61,935 nt of DNA, filler included, from Sphacelaria rigidula (GCA_964200075.2; 11 parts of 11 records of this genome joined end to end with filler, not necessarily neighbours in it); one strand, 5' to 3'; counted from the whole stretch's first letter, positions 48,113 to 61,676 are shown. Notes: generated from the letters alone by a model not told the origin. Numbers and translations are program-made.

Positions 48113-48710
48113 TATCGATTTCCTACAGGTCGAGGGCAGACAACACTGCCCCCCACAAAATATGTTCACCTATTCTCTTGTGTGTATTCTTCGGGTGGGC
48201 CATGTCAGGTCTAGCCAACACTGCATTCCGGCGCTCAAGACCTCATTCATCAGCACCATATACCGTGGATACGAAAGTATATATATTATTATGTCAGCCC
48301 GCAGTAACCCATGGGTCAAGCCATGGTCGCAAAATAGACATACCCAAGAAAAGCGAAACTGCAACACTCGTTCAAGAAAATAAAGGAGCAGAAAAAGGCC
48401 CGACATGCAGGATCATATTTGCGTCTACAGATAGCGTCCGACAGGGCGCGTGCCGATAGTATGCACATGTTCGGATCATTACCCACAGGTTCACAGCCTC
48501 AACTAAAGTTTCTCGTCCTTTGTAATGTCAGTATATACAAGGGCACGAAAGGAAAACGATGGAGCACGTCGTCCTTCGCCCAGGGCATGTCAACACATGC
48601 CATGTCTGCAGAAAAAGGCGTTACATTTTTGGCGACCTGAACACGTGCCAACCCCGACCAAGCACATAACGCAGGAGCACCGCAGTTCGACCACATTTTT
48701 CATCCTCCCC

Positions 48711-49206
48711 ATGAGCGACAACGGTATCCTCCCCATGAGCAACAACGTTGAGCAGAGACCGTCTTCTGCTTCAGGCGAAGCACAGCCTGCCGCCCTTGCC
48801 CCTATATTTGATCTTCGGAACTCGTGTAGCGGAGGTCGTTCCAAAGACAAGTCCGAACAGCTGAACAGCTGAAATTTCCGGAAAACGGACCGATCGCAGT
48901 AAAGACGGCAATCAACAACTACATCCCTGCAGAAGGCAGCTACGTCGCACGCCCAGACGCACGAAGCCCTAGCGTCATTCATTTTTGGGGCGTGCGGTTG
49001 GACACAAAGCCGGAAGAGGAGTGGAGCTACGACGACAAGGGGAAGCCGGTCGAGAGGGAGCAGTCTTTTTCTTGCCAAGCAGATGAAGGTTGTCGCAACA
49101 AAATACCGATGATAAAAATCACGAGTAAGCAAACATCGAGTGCTACGACCCATTTGGACAAGCAGCACAATATCAAGAGCTCCCGGACACAAGCTGCAGA
49201 CGAAAA
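48711..49206 (+). pseudogene. 5' exon of a hAT-like transposase (BED-type zinc finger), frameshifted
   Basis: SVIHFWGVRL...FSCQADEGCR...QTSSATTHLDKQHNIKS (W-C-C-H-H BED pattern); GTGAGT donor at 49207; frame broken by an 8-bp duplication at 48855-48870. Confidence 0.65.
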
Positions 49207-52200
49207 GTGAGTGTGACACCTCTTCCCGTTCGATTGTTTCTCGCGCCTAGAGGAAGTGTCAATCGGTGCTTTGAGGAATATGTGTACGCGCAGTGCTGCC
49301 ACTACACAAGCTACATGGTCGCTGTGGGGAAGCAAGTACGTTATGTTCATTACAGAGTGTTGAATGACGTGAATTTGTACGCATGAAGTTTTTGTTTCCG
49401 GTTGAGTAACAACCAGTAGCAGCGATTGAAGGGGAAAGCTTGAGTGAGCGTTATGCCGCTTCACACGTGGATAGATAGCACCCTGTGGAGGGGGGTTACA
49501 AGGTTTACGTGCTCTGCGCAGTGTCACTGGCGGGAATTTCACTGTACAGTGTTTTATAGCGTAGCACACGACGCTCCACAGGGTTTCTCCACACTGGTCA
49601 TGAATAGTGTGCATCACAGGGTTTCGTCGCCCCGTGAAGAGTTTATCGCTGCTGGCAATGCTGTGCAGTGTGTTTACGCACAAACACTACTCTCCACATG
49701 CTGCTGCGGGCAAGATACTGGCGGAAAAAAAGGACTGGGCATGGTTGGACGGGGAGTCGAACCCACGGCTTCATCGTGACATGGGCAACTGGTTATACAC
49801 TGAGCTACATATGGTAGTCGTTGTAGATGGAGTATACTCTTTGTACTTCTGATTTTTGGGGGGTTTTAATTTTGGGGTCCTCGAAGGTCCTTGTCAACAC
49901 TGAAATCCCCCGGATTGTTTTTAGAAGCACAAGTGCAATGGAAATTTGGAATTTGGACAGCATCTGCTGTTCGAAATAAATCCTAATTCCAAACTTGGAA
50001 TAGATCAAGAAGGATTCATTTGAAATAAACCCTAATTCCAAACTTGGAATAGGGAGAAAAAGGATTCATTCGGAAGAGCTTAAGCTGTACAGATAATCCC
50101 ATATAGACTATATATAGCAGGTAGAATTTGTACACCGCCAATACCTGAAATTGGGCAGAGAAACCACTTGCTCGCGAGCAGCTTCTCCTGTTCAAGTCCC
50201 GCATACTGCACGCAAGGTTTAATTGCAGCTGAGGTAATGATGACATAACGCAATTAACCTCGGTTACCAAATCATATATACCTGATGAAAAACCCGTAGT
50301 CCCGTGTCGACCAAACTAAAACAATACCCGGAATAATGAAACATCTCATCGCGAAACATCTCATCGCGCGGAGGATACTGCGTACTCGGGATATATCTTC
50401 ACAACAATAAGCTGTACTGAACTGTAGAATACCATTGCATGCGGGACAGTGCGCTATACCGTGCTTTTACGTGCGGCGCCATGTACTGCAGATGGCTGGC
50501 TATATATACAATGTAGATGCCTGCAGCTGATTTTGATATATGGGGGTGTTTTATGCCGTCACGAGCTCCAGTATTACGCGGGCGTTCCACAGCATATAAC
50601 AACCGATTTTATATTTTGGGGTTCATACAAAATATGGGGCTGAAGTGGCATATCTGTNNNNNNNNNNNNNNNNNNNNNNNNNNNNNNNNNNNNNNNNNNN
50701 NTTAATTAATTAANNNNNNNNNNNNNNNNNNNNNNNNNNNNNNNNNNNNNNNNNNNNACCCCATCGGGGGTCCGCCCCTACAAAGCCGGGACGGAGCACG
50801 CCGGGTTCTCACCGGACCAAGCGGGGGAGGGGTCGAGCAAGTGACGAGTATAAATTGCTGAATAATATTGAGGCAATCATCGCATCAATCCCTTCACTCA
50901 GACCCGAGGTGGACAGATTGGGAAATCCTGGGCGACTACCGCGCATGAAAAATACTAAAACACCCCCCTGGTGGTGAGGAGGGGTACTTCTGTACAATGG
51001 CTGTGCGTGACCGTAACCTATGGATTGATGCCTGGGGACCGTTTGGTGCAAGATTTCCACAAAACAGTGCACTGCGACAAAGCAATACGGTGATGTTGCC
51101 CTAATGTACAGTACTACTCGGCAGTTGTACAGCACAGTACATTCGAGTATGATAGTGTTTTCCTGAATGTTTTGGAAAATTTAGCGTGACTTGACCAACG
51201 ACCTACCTCTTGGAAAGTACACCCCCAATTCTGAAACTTTGGGACTGGAGTATGACTCGCAGTCACACTCGATGTCCAAGATGGACGGGGGGGGGGGGGG
51301 GGGGGGGGAGGTTACTGCGATGGGGGGGGCGGGAGGTGGCGCTTTTTTCGATAGCCCCCCCCCAAAAACACCCCAAAANNNNNNNNNNGTGCTGAGCCTA
51401 GAGAACTGGAAAGACTGAATGCCAGTACAGGAGGCAGGGGGGGTTGGCGGGGGGGGAGATCGTTACGTTACTGCAATGTCGAGAGCTGCAGATGACGCTT
51501 TTTACGATAGCCTACCCCCAAAATCAGCCCAAAAATTGTCGTGAAAAAAACGGTTATACAGCGCCTAATGTTCGGGTTCAGGCCGCATGAAGCGCCTATA
51601 CGGGCGACATTGGCGAAAACGGACCGAAGCGTGGGAATTCCCAGCTGCTCGCCGTGCTCTGCTTTTTTCCATTTCGATTCGCGTGTACATTTTGCCTTCC
51701 CAAACGAGCTTCCTGTTGTTGTTTTTTTTTGGGGGGGGACTATCGTAGGAAGTGCCAGATGGTCTTATACTCTCCAAAGCTGGAAGAAATACACCACCGT
51801 GCAAACAAACTAGGATATGGGCGAAGAAAAAACAAGATGGCATTGGATGGCACGAACCAGCAGGACAAAGTAATGCTCAGTGACCGAAGTCCAACCTCCA
51901 GGTGATGACCATAACACGGCACAAGCAGTTCATTTCGGGAAGAGAGGGCGCGTGCTCATTTGTTGCTTGCGTTCGTTATTTGACGATTATTGACCACACA
52001 TACCTTTTGAGACGGAGTACCCATGGGCGGGGATGGTGGGGGGTACTCATGATCTTGCATGCTATTGTCATATATATGACCATTGACCATGCATCCTTAG
52101 AACTTATCTTAATTTTGGGTGACAGGCTCCAATGAGTTGCTTCATTTTCTGGGATCGCAACTTCCAGAAGTAGCCACGTGCTGTACGCTGCCTCATGGAT

Positions 52201-52211
52201 TTCTCATCCTC

Positions 52212-55200
52212 GGGGGGGGGAGGGGGGGGGCGTACTCATCTGCTACTTACCTAATTCGTTTCACCATTGACCACGCATCCCTTTCGAAATGGGGCACCGT
52301 TCCTACTCCTAATAGAGACACCCTCAACATTTCGGTGCTCTGTATGTTTCTTCTATACATTATACAAAATATTTTGCACATCTTATCCCCGTCCTGTTTC
52401 GCCGTCTGTGGCCACCATTTATCTCCTAGTACAGCCATCCTTTTTTCCCTACTGTCTAATGCACCAAACGATTTCATGTCACCTTCGTTCACGTCCCGTT
52501 CCTCCTTGTATAGTTCACATTCTGCCACTATATGACCTCTGCTCTCTATTGCTTTTCCACAGGGGCAGTTCTGTGCATCTGCTTCCTCCTCCACACGACT
52601 ACTGGTATATCTCCTTTCTGGCAGGTCCAGGTCTCCCACCCGGAATCACAGTTTCAAGTTCTCGCCACGTCCATTGGGCCATGCAAATATGCTTTCATCC
52701 CTACCCCCTCTCTCAAGCCCCCTTATATCTTCAGGTATTGTTCCTCGTCTACTTCGCGTCTGAGAGCTCCTTTATCTCTTCTTTTTATCATGTCTTTTAC
52801 TTTTGTCTTGTACCCCGCGCCCTCACCCATGGACAGTATTTCGTCTTGGTTCCCTCCTACTGTATCTTCTTCCATACTTTCTTGACTTCTCTACCCCTCC
52901 TTATTCCAGTCTGTAATTTCGTTACTTTCTTCCATACAGCCCCATCAACTATAGCTGGCAATCTCTTTATCTCCATGTTCTTTACGCTATATTGCCACAT
53001 CAATTTTCTCATGTCTGTTTTGAAGGTTACATTCCCAACTCTGCTCTCAGTACTGTAATACTCGTCATTATTGACCACCCAAGTATATTCTTCGCTGCTG
53101 CCATCTGTACTGTTTCCAACTTCTTCACCAACTTCACGTTCCTCTCCCATACTTCTCCCGCATATTCCAGCTCTGGTACGATCACGTTCATCATGATACG
53201 TCTCTTCATCCTAGTATCTAGGTGCGAGTCTCTGAGGATCACGTCCATCCTTCCTATCTGTGCCCTACCCTCTTTTATTACTCTATTTGTGTGTGCATCC
53301 CAAGAACAGATTTTCGATATCTCTACGCCAAGGTATGTATACTGGTCTACGATCGGCAGTTCCTCTTCTCCCAACTTCCATTTGATTTCTAACGGATTTT
53401 TCTTATCCACGTTACATGAAAGTACTGTGCATTTGTTAACCTTCGTCACTCTCCATTTCCTAGTGCATTTTAGCGCCCTGTCTATCTGTTTTCGCAATCC
53501 TCCCGATGTTTCTGATATCCCCACAATATCATCCGCGAACATCAACCCCGTTGCTATACCTTCTCCCCCTTTGACTCATTTTTTGCCGCTTCCATTGCCA
53601 TTATCAGGTCATTAATAAATACCTTGAATAAAGTGGGTGATCACGTACATCCTTGTGCAACTCCTCGTAAAATATAAGAATATTGCGATATTTCCCCGTC
53701 TAGCATCATGGGCACTTTTGGCACATTCTGCTATCTTCTTCACCATTCTCCGCATCTGTCCTCTGATCCTAGTTTCCCACAACTTTTCCCACAACCCATT
53801 TCTCCATACTGTGCCATAGGCCTTTCGCACGTCCAAAAAGAAACAGTGCCTTTTCAGCCCGGCGTCGGTTATACCTTGCATATTCTTAACCAATGTGTAC
53901 ATATGGTTTCCGCAACTACGGTTTGATCTCAATCCTGCTTGCCCCTAGCTGATTTTTCTCCTTTTTCTGCAAGCTGGTTCAGATTGAATACCCAAATTTT
54001 ATTCCCCGGCTAATGACAAACGCAATACCCAGCCAATTCCACAAATGTTGTATCATACTGACCGCGATGAACAGATAAAAAGGGTAACATAGCCGGATTT
54101 TTGTTCAAGGCTATAGCGGTGGCGCTATGGATAAAAATATATCTCGACCAAGCAGCGCCTTTCAAGTTGTTCCGAAATTGAAAATGCAAATTCCAAGCCC
54201 AATTTCCACCGAATCTCAACATGTTTCAAAAAGTAGTTACCGTCATCAGCTTGGGAATCTAACGGGAGAAACAGAGTTGAAAACGGTTCCAACGGGGTCG
54301 AATTTTGCCCAAAACCATGACGTTTCGGTGATGTGGAGCTTTGGCGTCGTCTAATTTCCTCTTATGATACGTACGAAAGACCCACGGAGCCTCGAGACGA
54401 TTTCCCTTTTATCTGTTGGAGAAAAGCTTAGATTGTCCTCAAACTTGGCATTTCCGTAGGTATTGATGCTCCAAAAAAACAATTATACTCTTGGCAAGAT
54501 TTCGACGTTTCTCCGTTCTTTACCGGCTTCCGGGGATCCCAGCATAAAGACCCCCAGAACACCGATACAGAATGCCCCAACACCAAAAATTTGACATGTT
54601 AGGGTTAAGTGGTATCCCAAGGCACATGTGTGCAAATTTTCGTTGCTCAACTCGAAAAACTGAATCGGCTGGGTCTTTTACCGTAAACCAACCCACAACC
54701 CCCCCCCAAAGGGCGATTCTGTACTTCAATCAAGTAATTACAGACTTTTTTATACTTCAGCGCACGTTTTGGCGTATTCCCTCACGCCGTTTTTTCGAGT
54801 TAGACCACGAAAATTTCAAACATGTTCTCGAGGGCACTGTCTGAATCTCGAAGACCGTCTTTTTTTTTTTCAATTTTTTTGTTGATGGCGTTTTATCCAA
54901 GGTCGCGGTTGACCTACTTGACCGGGGGAGGGGTCAGATCCCGACTATCTCGACACAAGAAAAAAAAAACGGTCTTCGAGTATGAGATGGTGCCCTCAAG
55001 AACATGTGTGCAATTTTTCGTGGTTAAACTCGAAAAAACGGCGTGAGGAAATCCCGGGGAATGAATTTTGGGCGTTCAATCTGAACCAGCTCGTAGCATT
55101 GTTCCTACTCTTTCGTTCAGGATCTTACAGAATGTGTTCCCTCCCGTGCACGGTAGCATTATTCCTCCATAGTTCCCTGGGTCAGCCTTGGGTTCTTTCT

Positions 55201-56270
55201 TGAAAAGGTTGACTGCCACTCCCTCTGTATATCTCGGTTGTGTACTCGGTTTCCCATATCCAGTTGTACAGCATAACCATCATGGTAATCGACCCTCCCC
55301 TCCCCCGTACTTCAGAAATTCACTCACTATTCTGTCTGCCCCTGCTGCCTTTCTGCTCTTGAATTTAGCTACGCACTTTTGACTTCATATCTGGTAAATT
55401 CTCTTCGCAATTATTTCGAGCCACTGTCCTCTCGTTTTGACGCCTCTACATTTGCTTCTGCCCACTCGTTGATCTCTTTTTCGAATTCCGTGTCGAACTT
55501 CGTGTTAGTTTCTGGCGTTCCTAGTTTACGGTAGTGCTCGACTAGCACTTCTCTCTTCTCCTTCGAACTGATGACTATTCTTCCGTTCTGTGTCCGTAGT
55601 GTAGCTATCCCGTTGTCCATATTTCTTGCCTGGTTTCCCATAATCCTTTTTATCCCTGCCCACATTGGTTTCATCCCGCCATTGAAATCTCCATTCGTTT
55701 AATTCACTACATCTTCCAATACCTCCCTCTTTTTCTTCTGCATCACATGTTTTACTTCCTATCGAGCTTTAGTATACTTCTCCCATCCTACCGTAGTTTT
55801 GCTCGATATGTATCTTAGGTGGGTCTCTCTCCTTACCTTCATAGCCTCTTTTACTTCATCCCACAATTTTACTGCTCTGTTGCATACGATCAGTTTCTTC
55901 CGTATCAATTCACTCGCTGTGTTCTTGACCAATTGGTCCCATCCTTCTACAACCTTCGCTCCTGCCCGATTCCTTTCCATTTCGGCATCAACTGTACCTA
56001 CGCGTTCCACCATTTCGAAAAATTTCACTGCATTTTTTACCATCTCTTCTTGGAACTCCTGCTGTATTTCTTCCATATCTAGTTTATCGATTCTCCATTT
56101 GTACAACTTCCAACCCCGCTTATTCCTTTCGACTCTCGTCTGTTGGCCTTCTGTCCATATTACGCAATGATCTGTAGTTCCCACGTCCTCCGCGCATACA
56201 TGCACTCCAATTTCATACTATTTCCATGATCTACCACTATAGAGTCCAGAACGGAGCGTTCTCTCTCGGA
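52212..56270 (-). mobile_element. LINE family A, degenerate ORF2 (APE end, RT, CCHC), interrupted at 53970-55093
   Basis: VGTTDHCVIW (APE end); GQAG.RSNRSC; FFLDVRKAY; MFADDIV; YTYLGV; CPCGKAIESRGHIVAEC; C-run terminus. Confidence 0.92.
53970..55093. mobile_element. Complete ~1.12-kb non-autonomous Tc1/mariner-type element inserted in the LINE
   Basis: TIR C(A/G)AGCTGGTTCAGATTGAA..CCCAAA at both ends; flanks TG/TA; the LINE coding sequence resumes across it. Confidence 0.88.
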
Positions 56271-57323
56271 GGGTGAGGGGGGGGGGGGGCGACCTCNNNN
56301 NNNNNNNNNNNNNNNNNNNNNNNNNNNNNNNNNNNNNNNNTTAATTAATTAANNNNNNNNNNNNNNNNNNNNNNNNNNNNNNNNNNNNNNNNNNNNGAGT
56401 TCATGCGTGTCCCCTCCCCCCCCCCGGTGAAGGAGACAAACTTCCCTTTGTATCATACCCCCCCCCCCCCCCCCCCAAGTATCTGTGCACCACTTGACTT
56501 CCACGAGTTTAGAAAGCTGTACGCGTGTCAGGTTACTCGCACACACGCCTCAGGATTCCTCCTGCCCTCCCTCGTCATGCCCGTCCTGTCATATCTTGGT
56601 GATGAATGAGCCCAACGCTTATCGCTTTCTGTCCCCCTCCGCCGTCCGCCCATGTTGACAAGGGGAAAAAATCCAGAACCATGACCACGACGAAAAATAA
56701 TAAGACTATCCACTAGGAAGGGCGTGGTTAACCGCTCTTTCGGTCGCCGACCGTTCATATTGGACATCGATGAAAGAAAAAAAAAAACATCATTTTGAAC
56801 GATAAAAAAACTCAATTCGATCAAAAAGCACGCACTCCACCCGTATATCAGTCAACAAAAAACGAAAACAACAACAAACCACTCTAGCAGCCACGACAAC
56901 GATGATGAGAACGAAGACCACAATAACGGACGTGAAAATGAAGAAGAAAAAAAAAAGCATCCGAGGAGACAACGAGACAATAACAACGAAACATTCACAC
57001 AGAAGAAGGTTGTCGACTATAAATGCTTCATGGGTCCAAAGCGCGAGATTTGGATTTTTGAGTAGCAAAGCCCTTGCGGGGTCCTCGTGCACGCCCCCCT
57101 CAAATACTTGAGGGGACAGGCAGATACGAGAACACAGACGAGGAGCAGTGTCCACATCACTGCCTCGTATGAGGCAATGTTGAAACCTCCCCACCTCGCC
57201 TAAGTCATCACGGGTACACAAGAAATCACCACAAACTTCGCGCCGAAGCCGACAGCAACTCGACAACAAATCCATTCTAACAAAAAACAAAAAAAGGGGG
57301 CGTCCATCGCCCCGACAGATCAA

Positions 57324-58562
57324 TCACCACCGCCCTCGCTTCCCTCCTCTTCCCCCACTAATATCCCGGTCCCGCGAGTCCCTGGCCGACAACTCTCCCC
57401 GCCCGTGGGAGATGCTCCGATGTACGTAGTGCCCAGGATCTCCGCCTGCCCCCCCTCCGCTCCCTCCAAGGGGCATACCGCTCGGCGGACCGGCGTAATT
57501 GTGATAACCCCCGCCCAAAACCGTGGAAACAGGCTGCGCGCTGGAAGACCGCCCTCTGCTTCCAGCCGGGCTGTATTCATGGGATACAAGGCCGCCGGAG
57601 CGTGGAAGGGGCCGCGGCTGCGAACTGCCGCCGCCGCTGCCACTACCACCACCGGAGTCTACCCTACCGCTCAACTTACCACCGTGGACATGATACCCTG
57701 ACGCTGACGCCAATACCTCCCCGCTATTGGAGGACGGGCTGGGCGTGTAGCGAGGGGGTTCGACTCCACCCGCTGCAGAGGACAAGCCGCCGCCGGGGCT
57801 GCTGCCGGCGCCAGGGGCGCGGTGTGGTTGTTGATGATGTTGAGGGGGGTAATGGTGAGGGTGATGGTGGTTAACGCCCCCACTGCCGCCCCCACTGCCG
57901 CCGCTGCCGACACCGTTGCTACCACTGCGATGCATAGAACTCGGGTACGAGGAGTACTTCCCGTACCCGGCGTTCGAGCGCGCGGTGGCGTGCATGCCCG
58001 ACGACCCCCCAGTCCCCGTCCCCGAACCCGCCCCTCCCGACAACGACGCACCGCTAGTGTGGCCCAACGCCGCCGCGACAGCAGCCTGAGCCGCCGCGTA
58101 CCTGGCATCCCCCACGTGCGGGGACTTGTCGCTGGCGCCAGAAGAAGACATGGCCGAACTACCACCGTAACTCCCCCTGTGTTGCGTAGCCGGCTGGGCG
58201 TGCAAGTGGTGGTATCCTCCTGGGCCAGGATGATGACCACCGCTGCTCCCGCTACTATAACCAGTACCGCCGCCGCTGGCACTGCCCAGGCTTCCTCGCC
58301 CGCTGGGAACGGGGGCGCTAGATTGACTACTGAAAGATAGATTGCCCCCCCCGCCGCTGCTGAACCCATACAAGCCCCTGGAAGAGGAACTGGTCGCGTT
58401 GCTGCTGTCGTTGATAGTGTAGCCGCGGTACGAGCTGGCGCCGGAGCCGCGGTACTCTCCCGTTGCCCCCGCCGGGGCAGGCCGGTGAAACTCGTAGTCA
58501 TCGTCTGCGTCCACGTTGTACGTGCGCATGACCCCGTGGGGATGCTGTGACCCGCCTCCCGG
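57324..58562 (-). CDS. Probable terminal exon of an unknown protein, Gly/Ser/His-rich low-complexity region
   Basis: GC-rich open frame of ~412 codons ending RGGKRGRW*; upstream CTAAC/CTCAC branch-like sites and a CAG acceptor (alternative AG 3 nt upstream). Confidence 0.7.
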   Translation of the reverse strand, partial: PGGGSQHPHGVMRTYNVDADDDYEFHRPAPAGATGEYRGSGASSYRGYTINDSSNATSSSSRGLYGFSSGGGGNLSFSSQSSAPVPSGRGSLGSASGGGTGYSSGSSGGHHPGPGGYHHLHAQPATQHRGSYGGSSAMSSSGASDKSPHVGDARYAAAQAAVAAALGHTSGASLSGGAGSGTGTGGSSGMHATARSNAGYGKYSSYPSSMHRSGSNGVGSGGSGGGSGGVNHHHPHHYPPQHHQQPHRAPGAGSSPGGGLSSAAGGVEPPRYTPSPSSNSGEVLASASGYHVHGGKLSGRVDSGGGSGSGGGSSQPRPLPRSGGLVSHEYSPAGSRGRSSSAQPVSTVLGGGYHNYAGPPSGMPLGGSGGGAGGDPGHYVHRSISHGRGELSARDSRDRDISGGRGGKRGRW

Positions 58563-61500
58563 CTGCTCGCGGCGCACAGGGCCGACATAGTGAGGGGGAT
58601 GGTGGGGTTAGGGGAAGGGGTTATCGTGAAATAGTGTTCTCTCTTTCAGCATCGAGCGTCGGGAGGGATCGACGACAGATACAACGAGTGGAGGTTATCT
58701 GTGGGTGGAGTTAGAATAATGCAAGAGGCGAAACAGCTTCGGCGAACACAGTGTGTGCAGCTCCACTTGCTTCCTTTGGAAAATCTTGTGACGGCCGCAC
58801 GACCACGCTATGAATGCCGTACTTTACAGACGTCGTAGGGCGAAGGTGCCACCCGTACCTACCCCTTCGTCTACGGTACAGATATCAGTGCAGCAGTACC
58901 AGAGGCCGTGATGCCTGCTCACCCAAATACAGACAGTGCTGTACTATACAACCAGGAGAGTAGGACAGTACTGTAACGACAGCGTAACAGAGCACCGTTC
59001 ACTACTATAAAACACAACAGCACACAAGCGTAATTTTCGGTCAACCACGCATGTAGAAACCTGCATGATGGTTGGCTGACAAGTTGAACCTGAATCTTCC
59101 ACGCACTTGAATTCATAGATTTCCCCGTGTCCAGGGCGCTTCCAATTTCAATTTATTTCGGTGTTTGTGACGATGGCGTCTCGGATTTCGGCGGTGAACC
59201 CGGAGTGGTCTTGGCTGAGCCCTTCAACTCTAAAATGAAGGTCTGCTCGTACCTCATCTTGTATTTACACGTGGTATTTATCTCCTTACGGTAGGTAGTG
59301 GAGGGACTGGTGGACTCGTTTCAGTACCAAAACGCCCAGATATCAACCTGCAAATGCTTTGTCTCGTGTGTCGTTCGAATCACGTGGTTCACGCTAAAAA
59401 TAAAAACTGCCTGTACTGCAGGTTGGTTGAGTCCTTGCATTCCTTGACAAAAACTGCGCTTCCCGCGTCTCGTACACAGTTCACAGTTCATCATGACCTG
59501 AGCATGTCGGTGCCCTTTAAATCATGCATATCCGTTTTTGAACTGGTACGGTATACTATTCGGTACAGCACGCAGCATCGGCAGTACCAGATCGAAAAAA
59601 ACTAGTCCACCAGACCTCCAAGTGCAACAACGATGGACTCGCTGGCATCCCTTTTGCGCGTTTTCGAATAAAGCGTGATGAAACATGAGGAGCGATACCG
59701 TCACGGGCTGCCACAGGGGAGTACAACGCTAAAGTGCACAAGCGCGCTGACACAATGTCGGCAACACGGAAAATGGCGCACGCGCTACGAGTAGCCCGCG
59801 TGCTGCTTAAAGCGTTCAATTTATTTTAGTGCGTTTTTATTTACTTCGATGCAGAGGTTAGTTGCCCTATGGGTGTGAAGACGACACTGAGTACCAACCG
59901 CAGCGTCACGCGTTGGGCGTTACCACCTGCTCACTGCACAGCGGCAGGGTGCAGGGTGACAAAGCACATCGCAGGACGTGACATCCTTAGGCTATCCCTG
60001 CCCTCGTCGATTTCGCTTTGTCCTATGCAGTTCGCCACATAATGAGTGCAGCCGCTTGTATCGCGGCCAACGTGTACGCAGGATATCACTCCTCGCTACG
60101 TGCTATATTGCCATGTTACATTTTGCAGAGATGTCCGTGTTGCAGCTACAGCGTGCGTTTGCCCCAGGCGGCGCACGCAGGAGTGAAAAACCGCCTGCGC
60201 CGCTGTAATGGCTGCCTGTATCTTGGGCGAAGCTGTATGATAACATAGCCGCGGCTGGTGCGCCCACATATACCGGAAGGTGGACACCGGCGTCCAGAAT
60301 AGATGGGACGACAACACACACAACCCACTGACTTTGCGCAGTACACTTCCAACAACGTGTTCATACTGGCTGTAGAAGTCTTTTGTCCACGGTTGGGTAC
60401 ATTTCCACGTGTAATGTAACGGAGGGTCTGGTACGTTCCGACTTGTGCATGTATGTAATGTTACTCGGTGATATCGGGAAAAAATCCGCAACATCCAGGT
60501 GAACTGCAGGTGAGGCAATCGCCGAAATACACACCTGCAAACTCTGCTCCAGTGCACTGTAAGTTGATATCGCTAGAACAACACTACCATAACCACCTTG
60601 CCGGCTGCGTCCTGACTGTCACAGACTGTCAGGACGTAGGATTCGCCAGCATTGCTACTGTCTGTATGGAAGTGTTGCCTCCTTCTCATATACGTTTTGG
60701 AGCATGATACTAGATGAAGACCGTCCTTCCTACTACATAGGCAGCGGCAACTACTGTGTGTCCAGGTGCCCCTTGGAGCAGGATGCGTCTGTTGTCCGTT
60801 TGACGAAGTTATCCCCCCAAAAACGAAATCAACAGGGGTTTTAGGGTGGAAAAATCCAGCTAAAAAAAAATCGCAAGAATCGGGTCGCAGATATCAAGTC
60901 GCGAGAAACCGGCTAGTCGATTTTTTACTCGCAGCAAAAACCAACTTCACTTTGTGAAATTGGAAAAACTGCATGAGGGAATCGGAATATCCGTCTACAG
61001 GCAGTTTGGTGGTTTATCGAAAAATTAAACCTGAATATTCGGACAGACGTTTTCAAACCTGCATGAAGCATCGCGCCCTTCTTAATCCCTGAATGAAAAA
61101 AAACGGACTCAGGGAAGTTGCCATCCCGAAACTACATGGTAAAACTTCGTGTTGCAATATCCTGAGGAGTAATATCAGCAATCGTTAACGGGATTTTCCT
61201 TCGGACAAAATCTCCGACTTTCTCGGAAAAAAACTAAACAAAATCCCCGTCCGAAAGAGGTTGTGACATAATATTTCTTAGCCAGTTCAGAGCGAAATAT
61301 CAATTCAAGATTGGGTGAGCATTACTCCGAAAATCAAACACCGCCAACATTTGTTCGGCGATCTCTTATCGGAAAAGCCTAAACTAAAAAAAAATCCAAC
61401 CTCACGGGAAAAGTCTGAAAAATCTGACAAAAAAAAAAAAACTAGTATACAATCGGTTTCGTTTTATTGCCCGCCCTCTTCCGAGTCGACGAAAATTCCA

Positions 61501-61676
61501 CGTTTGAGTTGACGGGGGGGCGCTCTCATTTGTTGCTTGTCTTAGTCGTTTGACCATTGACCACGCATCCCTTTCGAGACGGAGCACATTTGAGTTGCGG
61601 AGTGAGGGGGAAAAAGCAAGAAAAAGAGAAGCATCATGCAAAGCCGGAGGAAATGGATGAACAAGGCAGCCTGTAC

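Noticed and set aside
47729..48383. Repeat-protein gene from overlapping ORFs
   Set aside because: The 111-bp unit is a multiple of 3 and open in several frames on both strands; the ORFs are by-products of the tandem repeat.
52267..53615. Long plus-strand ORFs (263 and 207 aa), and similar ones at 14845-16710 and 57671-58588
   Set aside because: Antisense or alternative-frame shadows of retroelement or GC-rich coding sequence.
59255..59348. Protein kinase exon (VDIWAF)
   Set aside because: A stop follows two codons later and no other kinase motifs are nearby.
60096..60730. 2OG-Fe(II) dioxygenase relic (QHFHTD)
   Set aside because: A single HxD tripeptide with an in-frame stop downstream and no distal His/Arg pattern.
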